Counted from the first letter of the stretch, positions 10,385 to 22,697 are shown. The stretch is 34,028 nucleotides of DNA from Chiloscyllium plagiosum (GCF_004010195.1 NC_057719.1:87842681-87876708), one strand, 5' to 3'. The notes: generated by a model not told the origin, from the letters alone. Numbers and translations: made by a program.

Positions 10385-10591
10385 CTTTAGTGGGGTGAGC
10401 TCCACAGGCGTGACGCTGGATGGATCTACTAAAGGTTTCGGCCGTTTCAGGGTTTCCGCCAGCAGCCCCTGCCATTGCTGGGGCAGACCGACAAACCTCT
10501 GGTCGTGGGGGTCAAAGGAAGTGTGCAGCCTGTGCTCAAAGTCCCGAGGAGCCGAAATCTCCAGGCGCTGGGACCTCCTCTTCTTCCACAT
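10385..10591 (-). CDS. PAK6: Group II PAK kinase (PAK6-like), exon with CRIB/GTPase-binding domain and pseudosubstrate (full exon 10385-10617)
   Basis: Translates MWKKRRSQRLEISAPRDFEHRLHTSFDPHDQRFVGLPQQWQGLLAETLKRPKPLVDPSSVTPVELTPLK: basic N-terminus, CRIB motif EISAPxxFEHRxH and the RPKPLVDP autoinhibitory motif of PAK4/5/6. Acceptor ttcctcattgCAG (10620-10618) has a CTAAT branch site upstream; donor AAG|GTAAGG at 10385/10384 is phase 0. Family is certain; the exact paralog is not, so the symbol is tentative. Confidence 0.93.
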
Positions 10592-11954
10592 GATCCGACC
10601 AGGTGGAGGGAGTGACCCTGCAATGAGGAAGGGCTGAGATTAGCTGCACTTTGGGAGGAGGAGGAGAAGCTGGGGATTTGCCAGCAATATTGCCAGGAGC
10701 TCACATTTCTGCACCATCCCACCTTTGAAAGCAACCAATTGTACACAAAGGTGCGCAGTCACACCTCAAGGCAAGCTGCTGGCGCTGAAATATACACAAA
10801 GGACTGGTTTTTACTTTCAAAAACAAGGATAAACCATCCTCAGTGTCAGCCTGTCACCCAGCACTGAGCTGAAGCCAGGTTCGATTGAGCTACTCACAAT
10901 GACAGCTCAAGAGGGGCTCAAGAACAAAACACAATTCGCCACCGCATTTCCAGAGTAATAAATCAGTTTCCTTCCCAGGAAAAAATACGTCTCATTCACA
11001 AAGTTTGTAAAAGTATGCCAGCAATTCGAATTTGACTTGACGTAAAATGTAATGATTCAGCTCGATGCATTGTGTGCCACTCTGAGGGATTCGCTGACCT
11101 TATCATTTACAGGTTACACATACACTCCATGACAAACTCACTCCTGTTTGTGCAGCCTTTTTATGTGGGTAAAGTACCTTGTGCACAAATGCTTTAGGCT
11201 CTGAGGCAGGCACTGCCTTTCTCCAGTGAGTCTTTGGGGTCACTGCCTCAAAGCTTTAAAACATCCCAAGCCATGGACCGCTTGGGTTTGGACTGTGCTT
11301 ATTTAGTTGCAGCGAGTGACAAACATGTTCTGGGCTTTGCCAAGGGGTTGACAGTCCTCTGGCACCAGTTTGATGTCTATCTCTGTGTTACCTTGGCCCC
11401 ATGGCTACATGATGAACCTTGGCTCTAAATCATTGCGTCTCTCTCCAGACTTGCTTTGTAAAGACACATTCTAGGAGGTGGAGGGTCACTACCTTATCCA
11501 CCTCTAGCCACGTCGAGGGGCAACGTGCAGAGAGGGTGAGACTCCAGGCACCTGGGAAGGATCTGAAGGGAAGGGACTTTTCTCATCTCTGGCCACAGTG
11601 CATTCTGCCAAATAACAAAACAAAGAACTGTGGAGGCTGGAGAACTGAAACGCCGAAAGTGCTGGACAGAGTACGGAGACAGAAACAGAGTTAATGTGTT
11701 TGAGTCCAGTGACCACTCTCGTCCTGAGGAAGGGTCTAAACATTAACTCTGTTTCTGTTTCTCTTTTGCTCTCTGTCTCTCTCTCTCTCTATATACAGAT
11801 GCAGCCAGGCATGTTGAGTTTCTCTAGCACTTTCTGTTTTCGTGTTGATCTGCCAAGAGTCTGTTCAGGGGGGCCATCCAACAGAATCCATCACCTCCTT
11901 TGCCCCACAGGGCCTTGAGGATGGTGCCTCTTGATCACTGCCAGATGAACTCAC

Positions 11955-12161
11955 AGTCAAAGATTTTTTTTTCACCTTCATAAACCTCTTCAGGAGAGAC
12001 AGGTGGCAGCGCCTGTTGCGACTGAATGAAGTTTTCCACAGTGACCTGCCCTGACCATTCTTCACAACACACGGTCAGGTAGACGCCCAGTGTGTGGTGA
12101 CACTCAGTGTAGGTATGCAGTGTATCCATGCACTCCTTGAGGCCTGTACGCCAAAGGTAGC
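11955..12161 (-). other. Candidate upstream (5'UTR or N-terminal coding) exon of the PAK gene
   Basis: Branch ttCTAAC, pyrimidine tract and AAG acceptor at 12162/12161. Candidate donors AAG|GTGAAA (11976) and ACT|GTGAGT (11955). One frame is open throughout. Confidence 0.35.
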
Positions 12162-12879
12162 CTTCAAAGCAAAGACAATGTTAGAAATGGTTCACCCTCG
12201 TTTACCGAAAGAGGTATATGTGGTCCAACTTTCAATCTAATAGATAAAGCAGATGACCACCTGACACAGGCAACTATGGACTACGGGAGTCACACATGCA
12301 GCAACAGTGAGACAGCCTCATACCCACTTCCTGTTCAAGCTTGGCAAAACAGACCTGCCTGTTGTTAGTGCACTCCCTGGCCCCCTCTGAACCGAATCCC
12401 CAGCACCACCAGGTAATCTGACCCAACAGTCAGAAAGGAGAGATCCATCAGTCCCATTCCCAAAGAACACGGCCTGGCTGTCAAGGAACACCGTGACCTG
12501 GGACAGTCACCCCTTAGACGACCGATCCCTTTCTGAGGGACTCGCCAAAGGGTTCAGCACGGGTACAGGAAGGGCGAAGAGATCTGCCTAGCTCAGAGCT
12601 TCCTATTTCCAGCATGTCTTCAAATTGTGCCAGTGCTGCTTGTGTACAGCAGTCAGAGCCAATTATGGATTCCCATCCTAAAGCTCCACTTTGGTCAGCA
12701 CATTCGCCATGTTAGTGCTGTGAAGAAAGGCCATCCCTCACTCCTATTCTGCTGCCTTTTGTGCTGCTTTTCCAGTCTAAGCCTCAGGATCCAACACGTG
12801 GACAGTTTGCTGAACCCCCATGGGCAGCCATCACCTTTTGTGACCCTGTGTGTATCCACGTGCTGGAAAGGGGAGGGTT

Positions 12880-13178
12880 ATCATAGGATCCCTACAGTGT
12901 GGAAGCAGGCCATTCAGCCCAGAGTTCACACTGACCTTCCGAACAACATCTCACTCAGACCTGCCCCCTATCCTCATAGCCCTGCATTTCCCATGGCCAA
13001 TGCACCTAACCTACACATTTTTGGACTGTGGTAGGAAACTAGAGTAGCCAGAGGAAACCCATGCAAACATGGGGAGAATCTGCAAACTCCACACGGACAT
13101 TCGCCCAAAGGCAGAATGGAACCCAGGTCCCTGGCACTGTGAGACAGCAATGCTAGCCACAGAGCCACCATGCCGCCC
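12880..13178 (-). mobile_element. HE1-like V-SINE (more diverged)
   Basis: Same layout as 3783-4087. Confidence 0.8.
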
Positions 13179-13270
13179 TTGGTTGGAGGAGGGTGTAACC
13201 AAAAACCTCCAGTATACGGTGTTAATATATTCCAAGCCACTTGGTGAGATAGAAAGCAAGCCGCATTTAT

Positions 13271-13890
13271 CGAACATAGAACTTAGAACAGCACAGCACC
13301 TTTTATCCTACTCTAAAGACCAGCTAACCTACATACACTTCATTTTGGTATCATCCAAGAGTCGCTTAAATGTCCCTAATGTATCTGACTACCATCACTG
13401 GCAGTGCATTCCACGCACCCACCACTCTCTGTGTAAAGAACCGACCTCAGACATCTCCCCTGAGGCTTCCTCTAATCACCTTAAAATAATGTCCCCTTGT
13501 GATAGTAATTTCTGCCCTTGTAAAAAGTCTCTGGCTATCCACTCTATCTATGCCTCTCATCATCTTGTACACCTCCTTCAAGTCACCTCTCATCCTTCTT
13601 CACTCCAATAGGAAAAGCCCTAGCTCCCTCAACCTTTCTTCATCAGACCTGTCCTCCAGACCAGGCAGCATCCTGGTAAATCTCCTCTGCTCAAGCTTCC
13701 ACATCCTTCATAAAATGAGGTGACCAGAACTGAACACAACATTCCAAGTGCGGTCTAACCAGGGCTTTATAGAGCTGCAGTATAACCTCGCGGCTCCTAA
13801 ACTCAATTCCCCGGCTAATGAAAGTCAACACAGCATACACTTTCTTAACAACCCTATCAACTTGGGTGGCAACTTTGATGGATCGATGGA
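13271..13890 (-). mobile_element. CR1 LINE 3' part
   Basis: Tail (ttctatg)-type repeat at 13271-13290; RT C-terminal motifs KVATQVDRVVKK and RPHLEC. Confidence 0.85.
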
Positions 13891-13892
13891 CC

Positions 13893-14549
13893 TAGCAAGA
13901 ACTTTCAAAAGCTGATTGGGGGCAGATATTTGAAGGTAAAGGGATGGCTGGAAAATGGGAAGCCTTCAGGACTGAGATAACGAGAATCCAGAGGAAGTAT
14001 ATCCCTGTTAGGATGAAAGGAAAGGCTGGTAGATATAGGGAATGCTGGATGACTAAAGAAATTGAGGATTTGGTTAAGAAAAAGAAGGAAGGTATAGACA
14101 GGATAGATCGAGTGAATCCTTAGAAGTGTATAAAGGCAGGAGGAGTATACTTAAGAGGGAAATCAAGAGGGCAAAAAGGGGACATAAGATAGCTTTGGCA
14201 AATAGGATGAAGGAGAATCCAAAGGGTTTTTACAAATANNNNNNNNNNNNNNNNNNNNNNNNNNNNNNNNNNNNNNNNNNNNNNNNNNNNNNNNNNNNNN
14301 NNNNNNNNNNNNNNNNNNNNNNNNNNNNNNNNNNNNNNNNNNNNNNNNNNNNNNNTGTACCCGAGAACTCTGTGGGAAGCTAGAGAAGTGATTGCTGGGC
14401 TCTTGCTGAGATATTTGTATCATTGATAGTCACAGGTGAGGTGCCGGAAGACTGGAGGTTGGCTAACGTGATGCCACTGTTTAAGAAGGGTGGTAAGGAC
14501 AAGCCAGGGAACTATAGACCAGTGAGCCTGACATCGGTACTGGACAAGT
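13893..14549 (+). mobile_element. CR1 ORF2 middle segment spanning an assembly gap
   Basis: LKREIKRAKRGH...KENPKGFYK / YPRTLWEARE...VPEDWRLANVMPLFKKGGKDKPGNYRPVSLTSV. Confidence 0.88.
14239..14355. other. Assembly gap (117 N)
   Basis: Run of N. Confidence 1.
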
Positions 14550-14550
14550 T

Positions 14551-14655
14551 TAGATTTGATTAGATTACATTATAGTGTGGAAACAGGCCCTTCAGCCCAA
14601 CAAGTCCACACCGACCCGCCTAAGCGCAACCCACCCATACCCTACACTACCTACC
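14551..14655 (-). mobile_element. HE1-like SINE 3' fragment
   Basis: Tail matches the ends of 3783-4087 and 29187-29484. Confidence 0.7.
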
Positions 14656-14659
14656 ACTA

Positions 14660-15075
14660 CGGTTGGGAAGGTGTTTCCATTGACAGGAGAGATGAGGACC
14701 TGAGGGCACAGCCTTAGAGTAAAAGGGAGATCCTTTAGAATGGAGAGAAGGAGAAACCTTTTTCGCCAGAGAGTGGGGAATGTGTGGAACTCATTGGCAT
14801 GGAAGGCTGTGGAGGCCAGATCATTGTGTATATTTAAAATAGAGATAGATAAGTTCTTGATTGGCAAGGGGATCAAAGGTTACAGGGAAAAAGTGGGAGA
14901 ATGGGGTTGAAAAACCTATCAGCCATGATTGAATGGTGGAGCAGACTCAGTGGGCCGAATGACATAATTTCTGCTCCTGTGTCTTATGGTTTTATCAGCC
15001 ATGATTTCATTGAATGGTGGAGCAGACCTGATGAGCTACTACTGTTCCCATGTCTCACGGTCTAGTGTTCTTATG
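14660..15075 (+). mobile_element. CR1 3' fragment
   Basis: T*GHSLRVKGRSFRMERRRNLFRQRVGNVWNSL motif and a partly duplicated 3' UTR. Confidence 0.75.
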
Positions 15076-15538
15076 TTAACCTTCTTCTTAAACTTGAAAG
15101 AACCTAGTTTATGAATCAGTCAATGGAATTTAACTTTTGGTGTCCAGGTATCATTCATGGTAAATTTGGAGACCCTCCAAGGTTGATCCTATCATTGGTT
15201 CAGTTCTTAGAGCTGCTCACAATGAGTCCAGGTGTGGTTCAACCAGGGCTTGATATAGCTTTTAGCATCTTACATTCTTCTGTAGCTGCTCATGACATTA
15301 ATATTTACTACTACTAGTTACATCCTGCCAAGTTAAATAGACACCCATTGTCTGACTTTGTTTTCTGGCACTCAGCTGATTTCCTAACCTGGTCAAATAT
15401 TTGCCTTTAATAACATAAGCTTCTACCTTTTAGTCCCTTATGAGGAACTTTTAGCTAAGAGCAGTCCTGATAAATGTCATCCATAGACATTCCTCTGGTC
15501 ACTGTTTCAGGACATTCATTCAGCTTCCTTAGGCGTGG

Positions 15539-15650
15539 TAGGCAAAAGTGAGGACTGCAGATGCTGAAAACCAGAGTTTACATCAGAGTGGTGCTGGAAA
15601 AGCACAGGTCAGGCAGCATCCGAGGAGCAGGAAAATTGAAGTTTCGGGCT
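15539..15650 (-). mobile_element. Single-arm Penelope pseudo-LTR fragment
   Basis: Same arm as the left side of 22465-22697 (aggcaaaagtgaggactgcagatgctg...gtttcgggc). Confidence 0.7.
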
Positions 15651-16319
15651 TGTCTCCCAATTTTTTTTTTACAACAAATGAATGACAGCGCTCAAAGATG
15701 AAACCACAACACTCAATTTCCTTTTTGTGAACCTTTCTTCTGCTCTTTCATTGTTTTCCAGAAGGTTATTTATCTTAGATTCCTGAAGGTTGCTGGACAA
15801 TAGCCTACTGGCCACACAATGTCACCCACCAGCTTTTCAATCAGCTCTTAGCATCCCTTGCACTCGCTGAATGAGATATGCCTTTGTAAAGTTCTTATTG
15901 TTTTGTCAGTGGGTGCACCAGAGTGGATTAGTAACAGCAAACATCTTCCTTAACATTGGGTTACAAGTGACTCATCTATAACAGTCAGAGTTCTATAAGA
16001 AAGCTAGGAATTAGCCAACTCACTTCCTGTTGGCTCACACAGCAGCCTGTGTACACCTCAACAGAAGAGTGATTCATACTGGCAGTGATCTTGCACAGGC
16101 AAGCTGGACATTGTTTAGGGAGTAGAGATGGCACACCCGCCATGGATACGCTTGTGAAAGATTCTCCACAGGCAGTATATTGATCAGGGCCACGCAGGTT
16201 AGAAATGGATGTCATTGGTGCAGTTTATGTCCTGGAATTACACTCTCTTCTACAGCACCCTTCTCCTGTCCTGTCTATTGTCTTCAGTCATTGTCCTGTA
16301 CTACACTGCGACCCACACC

Positions 16320-17810
16320 CCTATATCTGACCCTGTCTCGCACAGTGACCCTCAGTCTGACCCTATCTCATAATGTGACCCTCAGTCTGACCCCTGACCC
16401 TGTCTCATACTGTGACCCTCAGTCTGACCCCGTCTCATACTGTGACCCACAGCCCTACCTCTGATCCCATCTCACCCTGTGACTGAGATCTGACCTTTGA
16501 TCTTGTCTCACTGTAATCCTCAGGCCTACCCGTAATCCTGTCTCACACTGTGACCCTCAGTCTGACCTTTGACCTGGTCTCACACCATGACCCTTAGGCA
16601 TACCTCTGATCTCATCTCACACTGTGACCCTCAGTTCAACCTCTGATCTTGACTTTTATTATGACCCTCTAGTCTACCCCTGACCCTGTCTCACATCTTG
16701 ATCCTCAAGCCTACATCTGGCATTGTATCACACTGTGACCCTCAATCCTACCCTCACTCTGTCTGAAACTGTGACCCTCAGTCCTACTTCTGACCCTGTC
16801 TCACACTGTGACCCTCAGTCCGACCTCTGATCCTGTCTCACACTGTGACTCTCAGCCCGACCCCTGACCCTGTCTCACACTGTGACCCTCAGTCCTATCT
16901 CTCACCCTGTCTCACACTGTGACCCTCAGTCCGACCTCTGATCCTGTCTCTCACTGTGACTCTCAGCCCGACCCCTGACCCTGTCTCACACTGTGACCCT
17001 CGGTCCTACCTCTGACCCTGTCTCACACTGTGACTCTCAGCCCGATCCCTGACCCTGTCTCACACTGTGATCCTCAATCCAACTCTGACCCTGTCTCACA
17101 CTGTGACTCTCAGTCCTACCTCTGATCCTGTCTCACACTGTGACTCTCAGCCCGATCCCTGACCCTGCCTCACACTATGACCCTCAGTCCTACCTCTGAC
17201 CCTGTCTCACACTGTGACCCTCAGTCCTACCTCTGACCCTGTCTTACACTGTGATTCTCAGCCCGACCCCTGACCTGTCTCACACTGTGACCCTCAATCC
17301 TACTCTGATCCTGTCTTACACTGTGACTCTCAGTCCTACCTCTGACCCTGTCTCACACTGTGACCCTCAGCCCGACCCCTAACCTTGCCTCACATTGTGA
17401 CCCCGATCTGAAGTCTGACCCTATCTCACATTGTGACTCTTGGTCCTATCGCTGACCCTGTCTCACACTGTGACCCTCAATCCAACTCTGACCCTGTCTC
17501 ACACTGTGACTCTCAGTCCTACCTCTGATCCTGTCTCACACTGTGACCCTCAGTCCTACCTTTGACCCTGTCTCACACTGTGACCCTCGGTCCTACCTCT
17601 GACCCTGTCTCACACTGTGACCCTCAGCCCGACCCCTAACCCTGCCTCACATTGTGACCCCGATCTGAAGTCTGACCCTATCTCACATTGTGACTCTTGG
17701 TCCTATCGCTGACCCTGTCTCACACTGTGACCCTCAGTCTGACCCCTGACCCTGTTTCACACGCTGACCCTTGATCTTATCACTAACCTGGTCTTACTGT
17801 GACTCTCAGT
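16320..17810. repeat. 37-bp minisatellite, about 40 units
   Basis: Unit ctgaccctgtctcacactgtgaccctcagtcctacct; tcacactgtg recurs at 16801, 16838 and 16875. Confidence 0.95.
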
Positions 17811-18689
17811 TATTCTCTACACTCCAAACCTCAGGACTGGGTCAGTGCCGGATCTTGAATCTGCGGTTGCAATTCCAATTGTGCCTTCCGGTTTCCAGAT
17901 TACGGAAACTAATGACACTTTGGTCTCAAAAAGGTGAGAGTTCTAATTCTAACACTGCCACGTGGCTGGTGCCTTGGGACACACAAATCTAACTGTCCAG
18001 TGCAGTCACAAGCACTCACTGTACCTATAATTGGTTGTTGATTAATTATTTTTAGCTCTTTCCAGACAGTACAACAAAAATAAGAGTGGCTTTGCAATTC
18101 AGGTCTGAAATGCTGATGACTTTACCTCATCTTCAGGTGCTACTTGATCACTCACAATGCCTGTGTTTGCTGTCGGTTCTCGTTGCTAGTTTTACAATAA
18201 CATTTCTTCAGTACAATGACTGTAGTGTCTGCCTCTGAAATTCCATGCTAAGCAGCTTTTCACCATGTCCCTCACATATCAACAGTGGCGGAGTTAAAAA
18301 TTAACTGTGTACATTTTCAAGACTTTTTACATTTTTCACAGATGTTCAAACGGTCATGGGTACAGCACCTGGTGCAGGTGAGAATTGAAAACTTGGTCCC
18401 AGAAGTCAGCTTAGTTTCCCAATGGAAACGGAGGTAAGAAATACAGTTGCCTCCAGTTAAGGAGATTGGTCTGTCAGTTCAGGGTTGGAATTTTTAAAGT
18501 TTATTTTTCTCCCAAAGAGCCCAAACAAAACGATGCATGTCAGGAGGGCTCCTTTTCATAGGGAATAAACCCATTAGTTTTTTTTTAAAATGGCAATGTT
18601 AGAGATGAAGTGATCTCTCTTATTGCCTGATAATTGAATTAATTCTGTTAGTAAGTACAGTGAGCATGATGTCGAATTACCGACACACC

Positions 18690-19240
18690 AAGATATTGGT
18701 GAGACCACTTTTAGCATACTGCGTACAATTCTGGTCGCCCTTCTATAGGATGGATGTTGTTAGACTTGAAAGGGTGATGAAAAGATTTACAAGGATGTTG
18801 CCAGGACTGGAGGGCTTAAGTTATAGAGAGAGGCTGATTAGTCTGCGTCTTTTTTCCCTGGAGTGTTAGAAGCCAAGAGGTTTAAAGAGATTTATAAAAT
18901 CATGAGGGGCATGGATAGAGTGAATAATCTAGGCTTCTTTCCCAGGTTGGGGGGTGGAGCGGGGGTGGTCCAATACTAGAGGATATATGTTTAATGTGAG
19001 AGGGGAAAGATTTAAAAAGGATCTACGGGGGTAACTTTTTCTCAGAGAGGGTGATGGAATGAGCTGCAAGAGGAAGCAGTGAAAGTAGATACAAATTACA
19101 TTTAAAAGGCATTTGGATGGGGAAATGAATAGGAAGGGTTTAGAGGAAAATGTGCAAAGTAGTAGAAAACAGGATTAGATCAGATTGGGGAATGAGTTGG
19201 ACCGAAGGGTCTATTTCTGTGCTGTATGACTGTGATTCCA
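18690..19240 (+). mobile_element. CR1 3' fragment
   Basis: LVRPLLAYCVQFWSPFYRMDVVRLERVMKRFTRMLPGL and 3' UTR. Confidence 0.85.
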
Positions 19241-19669
19241 TGATGCTGTAACCATTCTGCAAACTAAACCTGGGGTTGGCGAGCACAATGTACAGTTTGT
19301 CTAGCTCTGCTTAAAGGCAATCTGCCTCTCTTGCAGGAGAGGATCTCTCAGAACACAGCAGCTGCTGGCACTGCCAAAGGGAAGTAAAGGGAGAAGGACG
19401 CAAATGGAGAAGTGGGTCAGAGAGAGGTCTTCCGGGTTGTTGGGTGTGGCCCTGGAGCTCTCTCTCCGGGAGGTAAAGATTCAGAGGAGGGAGGCCACAC
19501 CTTCCAAAGAGCTTGGTCAGAGACAAAGAACAAAGAGACTTTACAGCCTAGGAACCGGCCCTTTGGCCTTCCAAGCCTGAAACAATCCAAATCCACTGTC
19601 TAAAGCTATCGTCCGATTCCTAAGCATCTGTATCCCCACCTACTCTTGCATCTGTCCAGACGCACCTTA

Positions 19670-20706
19670 AAAGAGTCACAATTAATTAGAATGGACGGCT
19701 TTGAGGTATGTAGGGAAGAGGTGTTGGAAATTCTGGAAAGGGTGAAAATAGATAAGTTCCCTGGGCCTGATGGCATTTATCCTAGGATTCTCTGGGAAGC
19801 AAGGGAGGTGATTGGCCATTGGCCTTGATTTTTATGTCCTCGTTGTCTACAGGAATAGTGCCAGAAGACTGGAGGATAGCAAATGAGGTTCCCTTGTTCA
19901 AGAAGGGGAGTAGGGATAACCCTTGTAACTATAGTCAGCATGGTTTTGTGAAGGGCAGGTCGTGCCTCACAAATCTTATTGAATTTTTTGAGAAGGTGAC
20001 TAAGGAGGTTGACGAGGGTAAAGCGGTGGATGTGGTGTATATGGATTTTAGTAAGGCTTTTGAGAAGGCAGGTCGTGCCTCACAAATCTTATTGAATTTT
20101 TTGAGAAGGTGACTAAGGAGGTTGACGAGGGTAAAGCGGTGGATGTGGTGTATATGGATTTTAGTAAGGCGTTTGATAAGGTTCCCCATGGTAGGCTACT
20201 GCAAAAAATACGGAGGCATGGGATAGAGGGAAATTTGGCCAATTGGATAGAAAACTGGCTAACCGGTCGAAGGCAGAGAGTGGTGGTAGATGGTAAATAT
20301 TCAGCCTGGAGCCCAGTTACAAGTGGAGTTCCGCAGGGATCAGTTCTGGGTCCTCTGCTGTTTGTAATTTTTATTAATGACTTAGATGAGGGAGTCGAAG
20401 GGTGGGTCAGTAAATTTGCAGATGATACGAAGATAGGTGGAGTTGTGGACAGTGAGGAGGGCTGTTGTCAGCTGCAGAGGGACTTAGATATGATGCAGAG
20501 ATGGGCTGAGGAGTGGCAGATGGAGTTCAACCCTGACAAGTGTGAGGTTGTCCATTTTGGAAAGACAAATAAGAATGCGGAATACAGGGTTAACGGTAGG
20601 GTTCCTAGTCAGGTGGAGGAACAGAGGGATCTTAGGGTCTATGTACATAGATCTTTGAAAGTTGCCACTCAGGTGGATAGAGCTTGTAAGAAGGCCTATG
20701 ATGTAT
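19670..20706 (+). mobile_element. CR1 ORF2 reverse transcriptase segment (young, rearranged)
   Basis: [41 protein letters not shown] and FADD motifs. Confidence 0.95.
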
Positions 20707-20789
20707 NNNNNNNNNNNNNNNNNNNNNNNNNNNNNNNNNNNNNNNNNNNNNNNNNNNNNNNNNNNNNNNNNNNNNNNNNNNNNNNNNNN
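20707..20789. other. Assembly gap (83 N)
   Basis: Run of N. Confidence 1.
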
Positions 20790-21832
20790 GATGGAAGAAG
20801 ATAGAGGGTAGTAGTTGATGGCAAAGGTTCATCTTGGAGTGCCGTCACTAGCGGTGTTCCGCAAGGATCTGTTTTGGGACCATTGCTGTTTGTCATTTTT
20901 ATAAATGACCTGGAAGAGGGGTTAGAAGGTTGGGTGAGCAAGTTTGCGGATGATACGAAAGTCGGAGGAGTTGTTGACAGTGAGGAAGGATGTGGCAGGT
21001 TACAGCAGGATATAGAGAAGCTGCAGAGCTGGGCAGAAAGGTGGCAAATGTAATTCAATGTAGCTAAGTGTGAGGTGATTCACTTTGGGAAGAATAACAA
21101 AAAGATGGGGTACTGGGCTAATGGTCGGATACTTGGTAGTGTGGATGAGCAGAGGGATCTTGGTGTCCATGTACACAGATCTCTGAAAGTTGCCACCCAG
21201 GTAAATAGTGCGGTGAGGAAGGCATATGGCGTACTGGCTTTTATTGGTAGAGGAATTGAGTTCCGGAACCCTGAGGTCATGTTGCAGTTTTATAAGACTC
21301 TGGTGCAGCCTCATCTGGAGTATTGTGTGCAGTTTTGGTCGCCATATTATAGGAAGGATGTGGAGGCACTGGAGCGGGTGCAGAGGAGGTTTACCAGGAT
21401 GTTGCCTGGTATGGTAGGAAGATCGTATGAGGAAAGGCTGAGGCACTTGGGGTTGTTTTCATTGGAGAAAAGAAGGTTTAGGGGTGACTTGATAGAGGTG
21501 TACAAGATGATTAGGGGTTTAGATAGGGTTGATCATGAGAACCTTTTTCCACATATGGAGTCAGCTATTACGAAGGGTCATAGCTTTAAATTAAGGGGTG
21601 GTAGGTTTAGGACAGATGCTAGGGGTAGATTCTTTACTCAGCGAGTCGTGAGTTCATGGAATGCCCTGCCAGTAGCAATGGTGGACTCTCCCTCTTTATG
21701 GGCATTTAAGCGGGCATTGGATAGGCATAGGGAGGATAGTGGGCTAGTGTAGGTTAGGTGGGCTTGGATCGGCGCAACATCGAGGGCCAAAGGGCCTGTA
21801 CTGCGCTGTATTTTTCTACGTTCTATGTTCTA
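20790..21832 (+). mobile_element. CR1 ORF2 RT C-terminus and 3' end (one in-frame stop)
   Basis: [30 protein letters not shown] at 21051-21053; tail ttctacgttctatgttcta. Confidence 0.95.
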
Positions 21833-22059
21833 AATGAATCTACCGTGCCTGCCTCTATGACCTCTGCTGGCAACGTGTTCCAGGCACCTACCACCCTCTG
21901 TGCAAAGTCCAATTCTCAGAAGCTGGTAAGTGCAATGACTTCACTGGATGATCAAGGTCAGTCAATGTCACCTTGGTACAATATCTGCTACCCACTGCAC
22001 TCTGCACCACTCACATTGCTCAATACCCCCAGACGCACAATACTCTGCATCAGCAAGTG

Positions 22060-22335
22060 ACAGTCTACTGGTATTATTGCTGGGCTGTTAATTCATGTAC
22101 CTGGGGATCTGGGTTCAACTGCAGCCCATGGCAGATGGTGGAATTTGAACTCAATTTTTTGTTTAAAAATCTGAAATTAATGATGACCATGAAAAGACTG
22201 TTGGACAAACTGGTTAATAGTCCTTACCTGGTCTGCCTAAATGTGACTCCAGACCGATAACAATGTGTTTGACTCTTCACTACCCTCTTGCCAATTAGGG
22301 ATGGGCAATACATGCCCTCATCTGGTGAATGAATT
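22060..22335 (+). mobile_element. Deu-type (SacSINE1-like) tRNA-derived SINE
   Basis: B-box-like gggttcaa, ccatggcagatggtggaatttgaa, central ccttacctggtc...tgtgactccagac, tail caattagggatgggcaata. Confidence 0.65.
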
Positions 22336-22464
22336 GTACAAAATGGAATTGTTCCACCTTACCACCACCGCAAGGCTCACCCTCTCTCCGCCACCTCCCC
22401 CCCACCCCCCACTCACCCTCAGAGCCTTACCACCACTGCAAGGCTCACCACACCCCCAGCTCAA

Positions 22465-22697
22465 CTAGGCAAAAGTGAGGACTGCAGATGCTGGAAACGA
22501 GAGTTTAGATTAGAGTGGTGCTGGAAAAGCACAGCAGGTCAGGCAGCATTGGAGGAGCAGGAAAATCGATGTTTCGGGCAAAAGCCTTTCAGGAATGAAG
22601 ATTCCTGATGAAGGGCTTTTGACCGAAACGTCGATTTTCCTGCTTCTCGGATGCTGCCTGACCTGCTGTGCTTTTCCACCACCACTCTGATCTAAAC
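22465..22697. mobile_element. Palindromic Penelope-derived mini-insertion
   Basis: Inverted arms; hammerhead-like core CTGATGAAGGGCTTTTGACCGAAACGTC at 22605-22632; flanking duplication acacccccagctcaa at 22450-22464 and 22696-22710. Confidence 0.8.

Larger units (their letters stand above)
19525..21908 (-). mobile_element. Host CR1-type 3' fragment (19525-19669 and 21833-21908) split by the plus-strand CR1 block
   Basis: Flanks rejoin as ...gtccagacgcaccttaaa|tgaatctaccgtgcctgcctct..., the reverse complement of a CR1 3' end. Confidence 0.65.

Noticed and set aside
11865..12065. Basic 66-aa ORF (KNGQGRSLWKTSFSRNRR...)
   Set aside because: GTG start with a stop just upstream, and out of frame with the PAK exon at both candidate donors.
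13069..13611. 180-aa plus-strand ORF
   Set aside because: Runs across a SINE and the antisense strand of a CR1; chance frame.
16320..17810. CRISPR-like array of ~37-bp repeats
   Set aside because: Units are head-to-tail with no unique spacers, there are no cas genes, and the context is eukaryotic.
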